Assembly (NCBI GenBank): GCA_977862235.1
Contig: OZ374557.1
Span: forward strand, 930,001-994,000
DNA: 64,000 bases
DNA from: Dudresnaya verticillata
Lineage: Eukaryota
Direction: 5' to 3'
The translations under genes and the position numbers were made by a program. Positions within the stretch are counted from its first letter, which is position 1. Every line of letters begins with the position of its first letter. The notes below the pieces were generated by a model. That model searched no databases. It saw nothing but the letters and a program-made list of their open reading frames with translations, and had not been told where the DNA came from. This document shows positions 47,950-61,050 of the stretch, in pieces.

Positions 47950-50900
47950 ACGGATCTAAGCGCATATTGACGCGCAACGGGGTTGCTGGTGATACAACCG
48001 ACAACCCGCCGCATAAAGCGGCTGTCCTTCGCCGACCTTGGCAACGAAGCCGAGATCGACGTGGGTTTGCGGAGACCGATCCGCTTTGTAGCCTCTCAAG
48101 GAGGAACTACAAGGTCTATGCCGACGTAGGCACCAGACCATCGATGCTCGTGAGGTTGTTGACTATCCTCGACACCGGGGCAGGACCAAACTTTGTCCGC
48201 GCCGACGTCCTGCCTAAGGACCACGAGAAGCTCATTAAGAAGAGCGACCATCTTCCAGGTGTCTCTGACGCGAATGGCAAGCCCTTGAAGCTCCTGGGCC
48301 ATGTGTCTCTTTGCGTGAGACTTGGAACACGAACGGTGAACACCACGTTCCTTGTTTGCGAAAGACTCGCAGCGCCCATGATTCTGGGTTGCGATTTCAA
48401 TGATCGCTTCGTTGAGGCGATTTTTCCTCGCAAGCGTGTGGTCGAGCTCGACGACGGGACCCAAGTTCCGATTTTCCGGAAGCCGATTGCCCGTTTGCAA
48501 GCCGCGCCCCCGATGCCCGGAGCATCCAAGGATGAGACCGAAGTTAACGGTCGAGCTTCACCGAAGCTCAAAGTGACGCGAACAGTCACGATACCGGCCG
48601 GTACACAGGCCTGGGTCCATGTAACCAGTGGACGACTTGGGCTCTCAGTACTCGAGCCATCTCCCGCGTTGTACGACAAGCATCAGTTGGTAATGTCCAA
48701 CGGCGTGGTGCACATAAAACCCCTTCGGGAGTTTAAAGTGCTTGTGGCGAACTTCTCTTCACATGAGAAGCGCCTGCAGCGGAACCAAGTAATTGGTTCG
48801 GTGCTGCCACACCCAAGGGCGTTAGTCTCCACCGTGGTGGAACTAGACCCGCTCTTGGCGGTTGAGTTTCAAGACTCACAACCAGTTGCGCCTAGCACGG
48901 CGCTTGAGAAGGGGGAGGTGACAAATCCCCAGGACGGCGAAGGCGATCCAGTTGACGCCGTCCCCCTTGACCATTTGGAACCTGGTCTACAGCGCAGCGA
49001 TCGAAACATGCTGCACCCGTTTGCGTCCATGTGGAACGGCCGCCTGGGAGAGATCCGGGCGACGACGCATCGAATTGAGCCCAAGGAAGGCTCGAGGCCC
49101 TGTCGAAGTCAACCATATCGGGCAGGACCTAAGGCTCGTGAGTTCGAAGAGCAAACGGTGCGCGAGATGGAAGCGCAAGGAGTAATCGCCAAGTCCCAGA
49201 GTGGGCGTCGCCAGTCGTCTTGGCTCCCAAGCACGACGGCACGTTGCGGTTTTATGTTGACTACCGCCGGCTCAATGCCATGACTGTACGGGACACGTAC
49301 CCGATACCTCGCATGGACGAGTGTATCGATTCGCTTGGTGACGCGAAGGTCTTCACAACCCTTGACTGTAACTCCGGGTACTGGCAAGTCCCAGTTCACC
49401 CGGAGGATCGTCCAAAGACTACGTTCACCTGTCATGCAGGTACGTATCAGTTCAATCGAATGCCCTTTGGGCTTATGAACGCCCCCGCAACCTTCCAGCG
49501 TACACTTCATATTTTGTTGAGTGAGTATCGCTGGAAGAGTTGCCTCGTCTACTTGGACGACATCATTGTCTTTTCGAAAGACCACGCGTCCCACTTGAGG
49601 GACGTTGAGGAGATCTTATCCTCTCTGAAGGAGGCGGATATCAGCCTCAAGTTGAAGAAGTGTCGCTTCTTTTCGGACAGTGTCGAGTACCTCGGCCACG
49701 TCATCCGCCCGGGCGAACGTAAAGACCACCCGCGGAACATCGTGGCCCTCAAAGAGGCCAAGCCACCGCGCACCCAGATAGAGCTTCGCTCTTTCCTTAG
49801 TATGTGCAACGTGTACCGACGCTTTGTCGCGCACTTCGCGCGGATAGCATCTCCGCTAACACGGCTTCTCCGTAAAGGAGAACCCGACAAGCTCCGCCCC
49901 TTGGGCGAGGAGCCATTCAGCGCCTATGCGACGCTGAAGGGTGTTTTGATCTCACCCCCTGTCCTGAAACTGCCACGCAGAGGACTTCCATACGCATTGG
50001 ACACCGATGCGTCTGCCGAACAGATAGGCTGTACCTTGCTGCAGACCCATGAGGACAAGCAGCGGTACCCTATTGGCTATTGGTCACGCCAACTCTCTCA
50101 AGCCGAGCGGTACTACTCCACATCGGAACGAGAATGCTTGGCCATCGTTTGGGCCGTCCAGACGCTCCGGCCCTACTTGGAGAGGGAGCACTTCACGGTG
50201 AATACTGATCACCACGCATTGAGGTGGTTGCTTAACCTCGCCGACGCATCGGGTCGCCTCGCGAGATGGCGACTCCGACTATCGGAGTTTGACTTTGAAG
50301 TCAAGTATGTGAAAGGCATCAAGCATTGCCTTTCCGACTCCTTGAGTCGGTTGCCCATTGCCGGGCATACCACTGTTCCGATTGACGAGGAACTTCCTTG
50401 CTTCACCTTGTGTGAACACCTCGCCCCGGTGGATGAAGATCCGGAAACCGAGGCGATGCTCTTTGATTCAGAGCTCGACGACATCATCGCTGAAGGCTTA
50501 TTCGCCTTAGAGTCCACGCCGAGTACAACGGCCATCTCCATTGAGGAGTTTCACCGAGAGCAGGTGAACGATCCTTACTGCAGAGAGCTCGCCTCTCGCC
50601 TTGAGAAGGGGGAGGGGAAGAGCGACTTCCTCTACAATGAGGAGGGTATCCTCTGCCGAAAGGCTCGCTTGGATGGAACAATCCAAAAGGTTGTGCCGAA
50701 ATCGCTTCGCGATCGGCTGCTGCATGCCCATCACTACTCGGTGACCGCTGGTCACCCGGGAGGTAGGCAGTTGTTCTACACTCTTCGAGGTGTATACTAT
50801 TGGCCGGGAATGTCTGTCGACGCATACCAAACGGTAGCGTCTTGCCCTGATTGCGCAAGGGCTCGGGTTAAGCTCCGTAAGCATGGAGCGAAGCTTAAGC

Positions 50901-52932
50901 TCTTTCCGGCCACGGCGCCGTTAGAGTATGTCTCAATCGACATCCTAGGGGAATTACCCCGTACCAAGCTGCGTAACCGGTATTTGTTGGTGATTACGGA
51001 CCGCTTTTCCAAGCTGGTCCGTACCATCCCACTGAAGCGCATCACTGCTGAGGCAGTTGCGCAGGCTTTCGTGACCCATTGGGTCTTCGTATACGGTATA
51101 CCCGTAACCTTGTCATCCGATAATGGATCTCAGTTCCAGTCAAGGTTCTTCCTTGCAGTTTGCAAACTGCTGCGAGTGAACAACGCCTTCACAACGGCGT
51201 ACCACCCCCAAACTAATGGGCAGGTGGAGCGTTTCAATAGAACGCTGACGTCCGCGTTGAGGCATTACCTCGCGGAGCATCAGAGAGATTGGGATCTCTT
51301 CAGCGATGCGTTGACGTACGCATACAACTGTACGGTCAGTCGGATGACCGGGCTTAAGCCCTTTGACTTGGTCCTGGCACGTCAGCCAGGAGCACTGTCA
51401 ATCAAGCAGGAACCGAAGCTTGGTCCAGAGGTATCCCTTCGCCAATACAAGGCAAGGTACCTGCGCTGGTTGAAAGCGCTGATGTCTACGGCGAGACAGA
51501 CCTTGAGCGAGGGTCAAGAACGCTATAGGCGTGATTTCAATAGGAAATTCCCGAAGCACCTGCCCTCGTATGAGGAAGGTGACTTCGTGTTCGTCGAACG
51601 CGAACGAATGATGAGGGCCGATGAGAAAACAGCACGCGATCGGGTCAACAACAAGCTTGTACCCCGCGCGGAAGGCCCCTATGAGGTGGTGGCAGCAGAT
51701 CCCCACACAGTTACTGTGTTGCGGGATGGTCTCAAGGACCGGGTGTCGAGGGACCGTGTCATCAAGGCACCCCGACCCCCATTGACCAGTACGGATGGTC
51801 CACAGCAAGCGGTGAGTGAAGAACCGCAGACATCCCCGCCCTCGGGCGAGGTTGTCCAAGCGCAGACAGATGCGCAACCTCTTAACGATGAGGATTCCCG
51901 ACGGAAGGGAACAGACAGGGCCGAACTCGATGGCCAAGGCAAAGACGCGACGCAGCGTCAACGAACAGAAGTCTCCCGAAGAGACACGCAAGCTCGATCG
52001 CTAGACGCAGTGCGCGCCACGAGTGCGCGCGCTGATGATCGGGGAAGCGCAAACAGTGGCGGTGACGAGCCACACCCTACGAAGGGAGAAGAAGCGCAGG
52101 AGCTACGCGCAAGAACGATGAAGACCCCCGGATCGTGGCTTAGGGTCGGCACCGGTCGCGGAATGGCGGGTATTGAAGAGCCCCGCAAGAGGCGCCCGGC
52201 GTCCAAACACGGGCAGCCAGGGCGCGGAGCGGTGGAAGCACAACCGCCACCCGTGGGCAGGGCGCCGAGATACCCCAGCAGGTGTGGGAGGCGCGAGATT
52301 TTAGTCCGCCAAAAATTTCGGACGACCTGCGGAAAAAGGCGGCACACTCCGAGCGCCGGCTGGAACCCAGCCATCAGGAACCGGAGACGGTTCGGACGGT
52401 GGATTTGACACCCCAGCGGGCACCACCATGCCGCCTGGCCACATGGGAGGAAATCAGATCCTCGCCCGCGCAAGCGGCCGCTTTGGCTCATGCCAGCCAG
52501 GCTGAGCTTCAGCGCCCTCGAGAGGTCGTGACCGAACGACTTGAAAGAGCGCGAGACGCTCCCCGACGCGATGCCTCCAAACCCCGCGTCATCCCAGACC
52601 CAACAGGATCGGCCAGCTCCATGGCCTTCGACATGACTCTTTTTGAGTCTCCCATCAAGCTATCAGCACCGATGGAGACGCCGACCAGCGTCACGCCCGC
52701 GGGCTGCGACGAGGAATTCGTCATCGAATCCATCCTCTCCCATGGTGAGGATGAAGATGGAGACCCGATGTTCAGGGTCAAGTGGTATGGCTACCCCGTC
52801 GCCGAGGCGACGTGGGAACCAGCCCACGACATTGACTATAATACAGTCACACGTTACTGTCGGCGGAAGAAACTCCGCATACCGGATCGTGCCCTTTGGC
52901 AACGTCCGGAGTCCGTTGGTCTGGACAACTAG
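47904..52932 (+). pseudogene. pol: pol: protease, RT, RNase H, integrase, long linker, chromodomain; two apparent frameshifts
   Basis: LDTGAG; YLDDIIVFS; LDTDAS; GHPG..CPDC; SDNGSQF; QTNGQVERFN; chromodomain EEFVIESILSH..VKWYGYP..TWEP (~52710-52870). Frameshift near 49198 (S-Q-S-E-W-A-S-P broken) and a second one in the linker before ~52400. Confidence 0.93.
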
Positions 52933-55281
52933 ACGCATCGCAAGCCGAACGCGCTTTCGACGAGTATAAGCGTCAAACCGTGGACGAGTTTAAGCGTCAA
53001 ACCACCTCTAGCCGCCTGGCGTTATGAGGATGGTTGGTGGAGGCTTTCCGCCTCACTCAATAAGCCGCGAAAACAGCGACAACCAGTGGTGCCGAATCAC
53101 AAGGCGCACCCCGATATGAGGCGATCGAGCCTCCATGCATGCGACCACCACGACATGGACGCGAAAATAGCGTCAAGTCCCAACCGTGGCTCGCAAGGCC
53201 CCCTGGTGGCGACATGAGGTCAAAGAGCCTCGGTGATTGCGCCTCTTCGGTGCTCACCATGCTGTGGTCAAGACAGCCTGCAGGCAGCGATTAACGCTCA
53301 ATGTGCGATGCACAGCGGTCGTTCAGAACGACAGTGACAACCGTCGTGCAACACGACTACGGAGTCGGTGCTTCAACAGCAGCACCCGTTTGGACGCGAA
53401 CATAGCGTCAGCGTCATGATCGTGCCCGCGACCCTTGGTCGCCAGGGCCGACGTCGCAATACGCGACTCAACGGGTGTCCAACGCCGGCGCCGAATTAGG
53501 CGCGACATTGGCAGATTGCCAAACGGACGCGAAGACAGCGCCATCATCGTGCAGCGATACAAGCTGCTACGCTCGGGGTTCCCCCGAGCAAGCGCCTGGC
53601 GCAAGCGCAACAATGAGTGCGCCCCGCGCGGGGCGCGCGCACACGCCGCGACGCGCAAGCTGAAGCGCCAACGCAAGCGCGTTTGTGGATACGCGCAGAA
53701 AACAGCGCCCGCGCAACCTTGCGCGCGCCTAAAGCGGCGCTACTGGTCCGCGCACGCGCGCTGACCCGCGCTGAACCGACGCTCTAGCCCCGTACGGGTG
53801 TCCTTTTGCAACGGGACTTCGCGCTACGCCGCGCGCCGCTGTGGTACTGCAGCGCGCGCTCCAAGAGGAGGTACTCTCACGCCTATGGCGCACGTCGCGT
53901 GATTTGCGACCAATTTGCGACGCGGCGACGCCGTGCGCCAGCGCGCGCACGAGGGCCATACTCTGGCCAGTGATTGGCGCATCAATTTCTGCGCGATTTT
54001 CAGATCGGCGCCTGCGCTTGTGCGCGCGCGCACGGGCGCCTGGCGCAGGTTAATTTCTGATAATGTTTTGCCTTGATTTGCAAATGGCGCACGGCCGATT
54101 TTATTGGACCATTACGGCGCTTGGCTGACAGAACGCTTACAGCATGCGCCAGCAATGCCCGCGGCTCCCGCAGAGGTCCGCACTCAACGGGCATGGTACC
54201 ACCGTTGCACCGCGGCTCGCGCACGCCACCTCCTTGGTCCCACGACCATGGCGCACGCCAACCGCGCCCCGCAGCGACACCGCGCGCCATGACCGCGCCG
54301 CGACGCAGAGCGGCCAGCCCATTAGCTGCAACAACCCCGGAAAGGGTGTGTTTATTGACAACACAATGGCGCGAACGCATGCGCCCGTGGTTGCAGACGG
54401 CCTACAATGCCTCTCCCACCATGCGCTTTTAACCCAGCGCTCTATTTGACCGTGCTTCCGGTCCATTCTCGCTCGTGCGGACTTGCCGCACCGCGCGCCG
54501 CTAATAGCGGCTACGATTCATGACCCCACACTACGGGTCCCGTTTTGCAAGGCAATTAGGACTTGCCAGCGGACGACGGCGGCATGCCGTCGCCACCACC
54601 AGCGCCCGCAGACGGGCCAGATTCCGGAGGAGGCGTCTTCTCCTCAATGTATTCCTGGGGATCGATCTCCCCTTCACCGCCCACCGGCTCACCGGTAGGC
54701 GTTGGCGCGATTGAAGCGCCAGGCCCCACCTTGGGCTCAGCAGCCGCTGCAGCTGCTGGAGCGGCACCCGCAGCCGCCTCAACGCCTTTCGGCGCCAGAC
54801 CTGCTACTAAGGTCGCTGGGGCTGTTGACGCCCCAGACTTCTGACGTGTTGGAACGTCCACGTCCATTGCGACCGGGTCGTCGCCAGCTGCCACTGCCGA
54901 GGCAGGAGCAGCCAAAGTCGCTGACGCTGCGACACCTGGGCCCCCAACTCTGCCCGCACCGGTCGCAGGTCCGGCGACCGCCTGCGTGGCAGCCGCCGCA
55001 TACGACCGCACATGGCCCAGGCCGTAGCGGCCACGACGCCGCGCCCGCGTGGGCTGCCCCGATGTCGCGCTACCGCGACGGCGAACCTGCCCCGACAGGG
55101 GTGGGTAGCCATGATTGTCATCCCAATCACCCGAGCCACTAGTCAACGTGGCACCAGCAGCAGCCTGCGCTGCAGGAGCTGCTACGGAAGCGTTACCAGC
55201 TTCACCATTGGAGGCGCCACAGCCTCATCTTGAGCTTGGGGCGCCCCCTTCAGCAGCTCCGGCTGCGTGACCTCGAAATGG

Positions 55282-56382
55282 TCAAAGTCGAACCGAACCC
55301 AGGTTCCGCAGGTGGGGGGTCCCCATATCGAAACCCCCACCCGGTGAGCGATTCACCTGGCGTGTACCACGCCGCCCTTGCCGACTGGGCACATCAGGCC
55401 AGTTAACCAGGTCATGGGCTTCAATGAGCCGCGGCAAGTGCAACGTCGCACCACCAAGGACTGCTGTGAAGTCCAGCATCTCGCATTTCTCGAGAAGTTT
55501 GTAGGGCATGAGGTACAACCGCCCGTCATCCGCGCTCCATATCCAGCGCTTCGCAGTAATAGCCACCCACTCGGCTAGGAACAAGACCCATAATTTGTCT
55601 CTCGGGTCAGCCGCCAGCCTCAGACCAAAGTAGGTCAGGACCGGCGGCGCTTCAGCCGTGAAGTCTAACGGCACCTCCCACTGGTCGAACCAGGCTGGGA
55701 TGGCGGGATAGCGGGTGGAGAGCTCACTCGCCTTAAAGTTGTGAACCTCCACCCACTGGTACGCCAGGAAGACGCCGTAGCGATTGCGCTCACGGCGCTC
55801 CCATTTGAGCTGATGCCAATAGCTCGCCGCGCTCTCCCGCTCGACGAACGAGCGGTAGTTCGCTGGCAGAATGGGGCGGCACCACGCCCAAAGCGACTCA
55901 TGGACTGTGTCCCCAATGTCGCCGTCCAAGGTCTGGACCAACACGTCGAGATAATCGACCTCGCCCAGCGTGCGATACGCCCACGTGTCAACGTCCATCC
56001 CTTGCGGGATGAGTTCGTTGCACGGGGTGCGCTCCACGCGGTCGACCCAGAGCCGCACAAAGGCTCGGCGCCTTTCATCAGAGGTACGCCTATGGCGGAA
56101 TGTCAACGCCTCGGGGTTCACGTTAATACGGAACACCCAGTCACGACTAGTGACAGCGAGCACGTGTAGCCCTCCGGGCAACGAGCCAGAGGCGTCCATG
56201 TAAGCCTCAAGAATCTCCGGGGCACGAACGTACTCCATGTGAAACCATGGTGCTCTCTCGAAGAGCAGCGGGTGATGTCGCATTGACTTCCCGCGCAACT
56301 GAGCCTCGGTTGCGAACCGGCTCGACTCAGGGACCGTCACAGGTCCAGCTTGAAACACCAGGTGATTCCGGAAACGGTCCAT
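55282..56382 (-). CDS. Antisense accessory ORF of the chromovirus, 366 aa, unknown function
   Basis: ATG start, uninterrupted, rich in Trp and aromatic residues, with a homologue at 25246-26275. A same-frame low-complexity continuation runs to 54556 past two TGA codons. Confidence 0.85.
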   Translation of the reverse strand: MDRFRNHLVFQAGPVTVPESSRFATEAQLRGKSMRHHPLLFERAPWFHMEYVRAPEILEAYMDASGSLPGGLHVLAVTSRDWVFRINVNPEALTFRHRRTSDERRRAFVRLWVDRVERTPCNELIPQGMDVDTWAYRTLGEVDYLDVLVQTLDGDIGDTVHESLWAWCRPILPANYRSFVERESAASYWHQLKWERRERNRYGVFLAYQWVEVHNFKASELSTRYPAIPAWFDQWEVPLDFTAEAPPVLTYFGLRLAADPRDKLWVLFLAEWVAITAKRWIWSADDGRLYLMPYKLLEKCEMLDFTAVLGGATLHLPRLIEAHDLVNWPDVPSRQGRRGTRQVNRSPGGGFDMGTPHLRNLGSVRL

Positions 56383-56770
56383 CTCGCCATACGAAGCTGA
56401 TTGATCTCAGCAAGTAAGCCCACAGACTTGTCGCGTTCACACTAGCGACTGCACAAGTTGGGTATACAAACACCGGTGCACAGCACCGTCGGGAGACTCC
56501 GACACAACAGCCCGGGCACACGGGCAACACGAAGTGCCGAACAGCAAGCAGCGCAGCGCGGCACGCGCGCACAACGAAAGCGAGAAATGCACCTCGCACG
56601 ACACAAGTGATGACGACTGTGTTCTGGTCGGGATCCACCGACAATGGGAGTTACTCCTTGGCCTTGATATGGCCTCACTCGCGCACCGCGTTCAGGTGCA
56701 GCACCGACGACGAATGGTGCCTCGCGAAGACTTTTTCGCTTAATTTTTGAGCGTGGGCGCTCAACGCTAC

Positions 56771-56779
56771 GAAGGGGGA
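56771..56779 (+). promoter_or_regulatory. Polypurine tract
   Basis: gaaggggga 2 nt upstream of the 3' LTR. Confidence 0.8.
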
Positions 56780-56781
56780 TC

Positions 56782-57414
56782 TGTAGTGCACTGGCACTCG
56801 CCCCATTCGCCTGATCCAATTCCGGATCCTTTGCCTTACAGGCGCGCTTTACAGGCGCATCGTTGCCGACTGACTGACAGCACAGTCTACAGTAAGCACG
56901 AGTAGGCCCATTCAGCTCTCCACTCTAGATCTAGATCGAGCTCTAGCACTTACAGCCTACAGTAGTGTAAGTGCGTCTGCCGGCGCCGCCGCGCCGGCGG
57001 CGGTAGTACTTAGCCACCTAGGGCTGCACATCTGGTAAACGGAGGGGCATCGACCCTCGGGCCTAACACTTCGGTGCCAAGCTTGGAGTCGCCCGGAACC
57101 CGAGTAGCCTCACGCCTAGGACATCGGTGCCGACCGAGTCCACGTGAGCCTATCTGCTCATGGACCTCCGTGAACGCAGATCGACACCCGTTTACCAGTT
57201 CTACCGCGAGCTAGGTACGCTACCGCTAACCTATCTCTACTGTCTACCTTTTCCCCTTTTCCTTTACCTTTTCCCTTTCCCTTTGGGTCCCTGCACCCTA
57301 TCCTTTGCAGGGTGGTCTCCCGCACCGCGCCCAGACTGCGCGGGTGGCCTTACGATCAGGCCTTGCTTGTCCCTCCATCGGGACCTGTCTTTGGTGGATT
57401 GTGAGGTCTCCACA
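56782..57414 (+). repeat. 3' LTR (633 bp)
   Basis: Direct repeat of 45047-45679, followed by TSD CTAAG. Confidence 0.97.
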
Positions 57415-58790
57415 CTAAGTACTATTACGTGAGCACGAATGCACGTCAACGCGGGAGACGGTTCGTACTCGTATGATTCGTAACGGCCTCTGTGCCAAAG
57501 AACGGTCGCCTCATGTATGGTGGTGGCTACGAAGTGCGCCAGCGATGCATACGGAGGTGCTCGCGCGTCGTGGGCCTCGGTGCCGTTACGCGCAGGAAGC
57601 AACGGGAAGACCACGAAGGTGTCAGCGATTTCGTATCTGGTGCGCACTGTAATGCGAATGCCATCGTGGCGTGCGCGATCATGGAGTCACTTCGAACTTC
57701 GTATTTCTCCATTATTTTCACGTAGACCACGGAGTGGATTTGCGTACAGCATCTATACCACCCGAATCCCATCCACCGTTTTTGTTCCTGCCCAAAAATA
57801 ACTAAGAAACAGGATTGGTACAGATCCCGTTTGCTGCAACGGTCGAAGACGATGCTTCGAACGTCAAAACAGCTCTTTTCGCCAGTAATGGACGTGTAGG
57901 TTTGCACGTTTGACTGCGGTACAGGATAAATTGAAATACAAAGAGGTACTAAAAGTCACGGTACCTCGCCCTCGAGCGCAACCTTCCGCTAATTGCAACA
58001 GGATCGCATCTCCCGATAGGTTGCAGTTATCGGGATTCCACTGTACCGCCATTAAACTGTATACCGACGTACGACAGCACTGTCAACAACGACAGCGATG
58101 ACAGCGTTTACACCTCTACATGGATATCCTGTACAGTAGGTCATTTTTGGTGGCCCGGCATGGACAGTTTGTCTATTGGTGCTGAAGCTAAAGTAGATAC
58201 GAGGCACGAGCGGAATCATGAAATATAATGTCTAATAAATATTGCGAGTGTACAGTTTATGTATGGGTTACATGTGTGAAGATTATATCGCGGGAGGTAG
58301 CAGGTTGGCCCTGCGTCACCATAGTGAGGATAACGATAAGTGAACGGATCGCAAGCAGCGGTGAGGGATCGGGAAGTTGTTTATCGCAGGCATATATCGA
58401 CGTTTTGGCCTTTGACACCGCATAGCCTCCAGCAGGGCGTGGCGGCGCTGGAACGGATACGCGATAGACGACTACCCGCACGTGAATGCTATTAAGAAGG
58501 CAAGCACCTGTGCGTTCCTGAAGACTCCGAGGCAAGTCTTGTTGTTTCCCCACCCTCCTCTCCCTGGATTTGCTGTCATCAAGTCTGTTCTTTATAGCTC
58601 CTTCAATAGGAGTGTTAGTATGTTACAGTAGAGTGTTCAAAACAATCGAAGTCGTCATTTTAGCTGAGATCAAAGCAGTTATCTAGGTATGTCCGGTAGC
58701 AATAGCTTTGCCTGCATCTTTTATAAAGCCTGAATGTTTGATCTTTAAGTACGTGTTCACGTTAAAAATCTCACTTTGACAAACACTCTA

Positions 58791-61050
58791 CACCGATTAC
58801 CGGATTACGATTGGGCCAATATAAATAGGAACGGACCTTTTCCACCGGGCGCGCAGAAATTAAGTTGGGCTAATTCAAATCGGCACCCAACGTAAATCGG
58901 GGTAGTGCATTAATAAGTTGGGCCAATCTAAACACGCCCGTTCACAATTACATTGGTTACAAAAAACATACGTTTATTGAGTCTACTGACTGCAACGCGG
59001 TCATTACTGCTCGTCCTCGCTTTCCGTTTCCACTCCCTCATCTTCCACGGGCTCCCCTTCAAAGTTGCGCCTGTTGCAGGCGATTATGCGCTGTAAATCA
59101 TCTGAGAACTGGGATTATTCCCACTGCCCGTTATAGTTTAAAGACATGCCAACCCTCACCATGGCATTTCTTGCGTACTGTACGCCATTCTTATCTCGCT
59201 GGGAGTTAACGTCTTGGATGACTTGAGCAGCGAGCTCCAAAAAGAAGCGCTTCCCAGGATTAGGCAACTTGCCGCTGCCCTCAGACCACTCCCTACACTT
59301 GATGCATTCGTATTTGAATTCATCCCAGCGAGATCGCCACCCATCTTTTATCTTGTGAATATCAAAAGAATCAACAGGTTGAACTAGATGGGTTGCTTTC
59401 AGTGGGAGCTTCTGTAAGGTTGTGCGAATGGAACTTAATTTCTCGGTTGTATCCTCATCGACAACATGTCCTGAGCAGTTATCCACGTATAGGATTCTCT
59501 GCTGCCCAAACTGAAGAGGCTTAATTGCACGAGGCTCAGAGAGCCATGACTTAAAAACCTTCCCGTCCATCCAACCCTTTGGTCCACTCCAATAACAGAC
59601 ACAAGGAACAACATCGACAACATATTTGATAGGGTAAGAGCGATTAGCGTTTTCAAATATCAGCATGGGTGCTTCAATTCCCGCATTGACTCCACCTGTC
59701 AGTCGCTCCATCATTGTGATAAGATCGCCACCGGATACAATATCAGCATACTTCACATGGTTTTACCCTTTGAAGCCAAGCGTTTTCAGGTTGTCCATGT
59801 TGAACATGAAGTGAGTCTCATCTGCGTTCTCTATGAGATCCTCATTGAGTAAACCCGACTCGAATCCCCTCTTGAGTTCACCAAGATGGAACGCAATTGA
59901 CTTATCAATTATTTTCTCCTTAGAAGGACTGGTTAGAAGTTAACCTGTCTGCGCGCGAAGGACAATATTGTTGGCAACCATCAAATTCTGCACCCAACGA
60001 ATGATGATCTTGCGGCCTATCGGCAAGTTACCGTTAATCGTTGCTGAATTGAACTCGCTCTCAGCTGGAGAGCCCCGAATTAGAGCCCTTGCGTGGCTCT
60101 GCAAGACCGCGGCGGAAAACGTGATACGCAAGGAGCGTAGACAGTCAAACTCGGATCTCAGTTCCTGATAGAGTGCACATGCCCATGTAGAACGCTTTCG
60201 AACGCGGCCCTTTACGGCCTTAAAACTCGAACGCTTGATGCCTCCCGTGATGTCGCCGGAAAAGATATGGGTTCGTTGACCTGCCACTTTCAAGGCGAGT
60301 GCCTGACCGCGCTTCCGCAACCACAAACTGGCCTTCTGCAAGTTGGCCTTTTTCGTAGCCGGGAAGAACAGTGGGAACTGTCTCACGGCTTTTGAGATGT
60401 GCTGTTTGTCCGTTGTTGGCGGCGAAAGCTACCATCCACTTGGTACCCTGTAGCGATCGGCGATGCTGCATACGTGCACTTTCCGGCGGCGTGGAGCGGT
60501 TACGGTCGGGTGAGCCGGTGGAGGCGGAGATGGGAGCGCTTGCGTTGCGGGGGTCCGGTTCTCGGCGGTTGGTGGTTCTGCATCTGGATCGACCCGGCGG
60601 TTGCGAAGTGCTTGTGCAATAGCCCTTTCGATAGGGCCGTTTGAGCGCGGCATATCGCCGTGTAACACTTGTGCAACACTCAGCGGGCGTGAGGTTGCAG
60701 ATAAGGGAGGTGGGCTTTGGGGAGTGCGGATCGTTGCTCGGGGAGAACATGGATATAACTTTGGGGGCAGGTCGTGCACTGCACAGTCAACCACGATGAC
60801 CAAACCCGCCGGCGGTGCTTCCAATTCACCGCCAATCAAATCGGTTTTTGCCGCACAGTTATACCTCGGAGGGCAGCACAGGGGTGAGCTACAGTACAGT
60901 ACAGTATCTTACTGTATTTGACGCTTGCCACCACAGCAATATTGTTATGATAAACCTTCTTCCGCGAGATACGTTCAGAAATTAGATTGGCCCAATGTAT
61001 TTATGCACCCAACATAATATTGTCACCAAATCTAAATCCTGTGATCGGTG
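58791..61050 (-). mobile_element. pogo/Tc1-mariner superfamily DNA transposon (2260 bp)
   Basis: TA|caccgattaccggattacgattggg ... ccaaatctaaatcctgtgatcggtg|TA: 25-bp TIR with 20/25 matches and TA TSD; repeated subterminal ttgggccaat motifs. Confidence 0.88.
59004..60450 (-). pseudogene. pogo-like DDD transposase (DDE_1), disrupted
   Basis: ENADETHF, KGWMDGKVFKSWL, LYVDNCSGH, THLVQPVD; stops and frameshifts; true start uncertain. Confidence 0.88.

Larger units (their letters stand above)
45047..57414 (+). mobile_element. Young full-length chromovirus (Ty3/Gypsy) LTR retrotransposon, 12368 bp
   Basis: LTRs TG...CA at 45047-45679 and 56782-57414; TSD CTAAG at 45042-45046 and 57415-57419; PBS, PPT, gag, pol and chromodomain present. 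Confidence 0.97.
36322..57760 (-). mobile_element. Old minus-strand Ty3/Gypsy element whose 5' LTR region was split by the young element
   Basis: 3' LTR 36322-37033 with PPT (ccccctcccc, 37039-37048) is homologous to 44066-44240, 44870-45046 and 57420-57760. PBS gtcgggagacca at 44051-44062; gag EEFTGRDPMKVLAFI (42716-43180); RT CLVCLDDVIVFS (39100-39522). Integrase not seen; TSD not recognisable. Confidence 0.7.

Noticed and set aside
55282..56382. env gene
   Set aside because: Antisense orientation; no signal peptide or clear transmembrane anchor seen.
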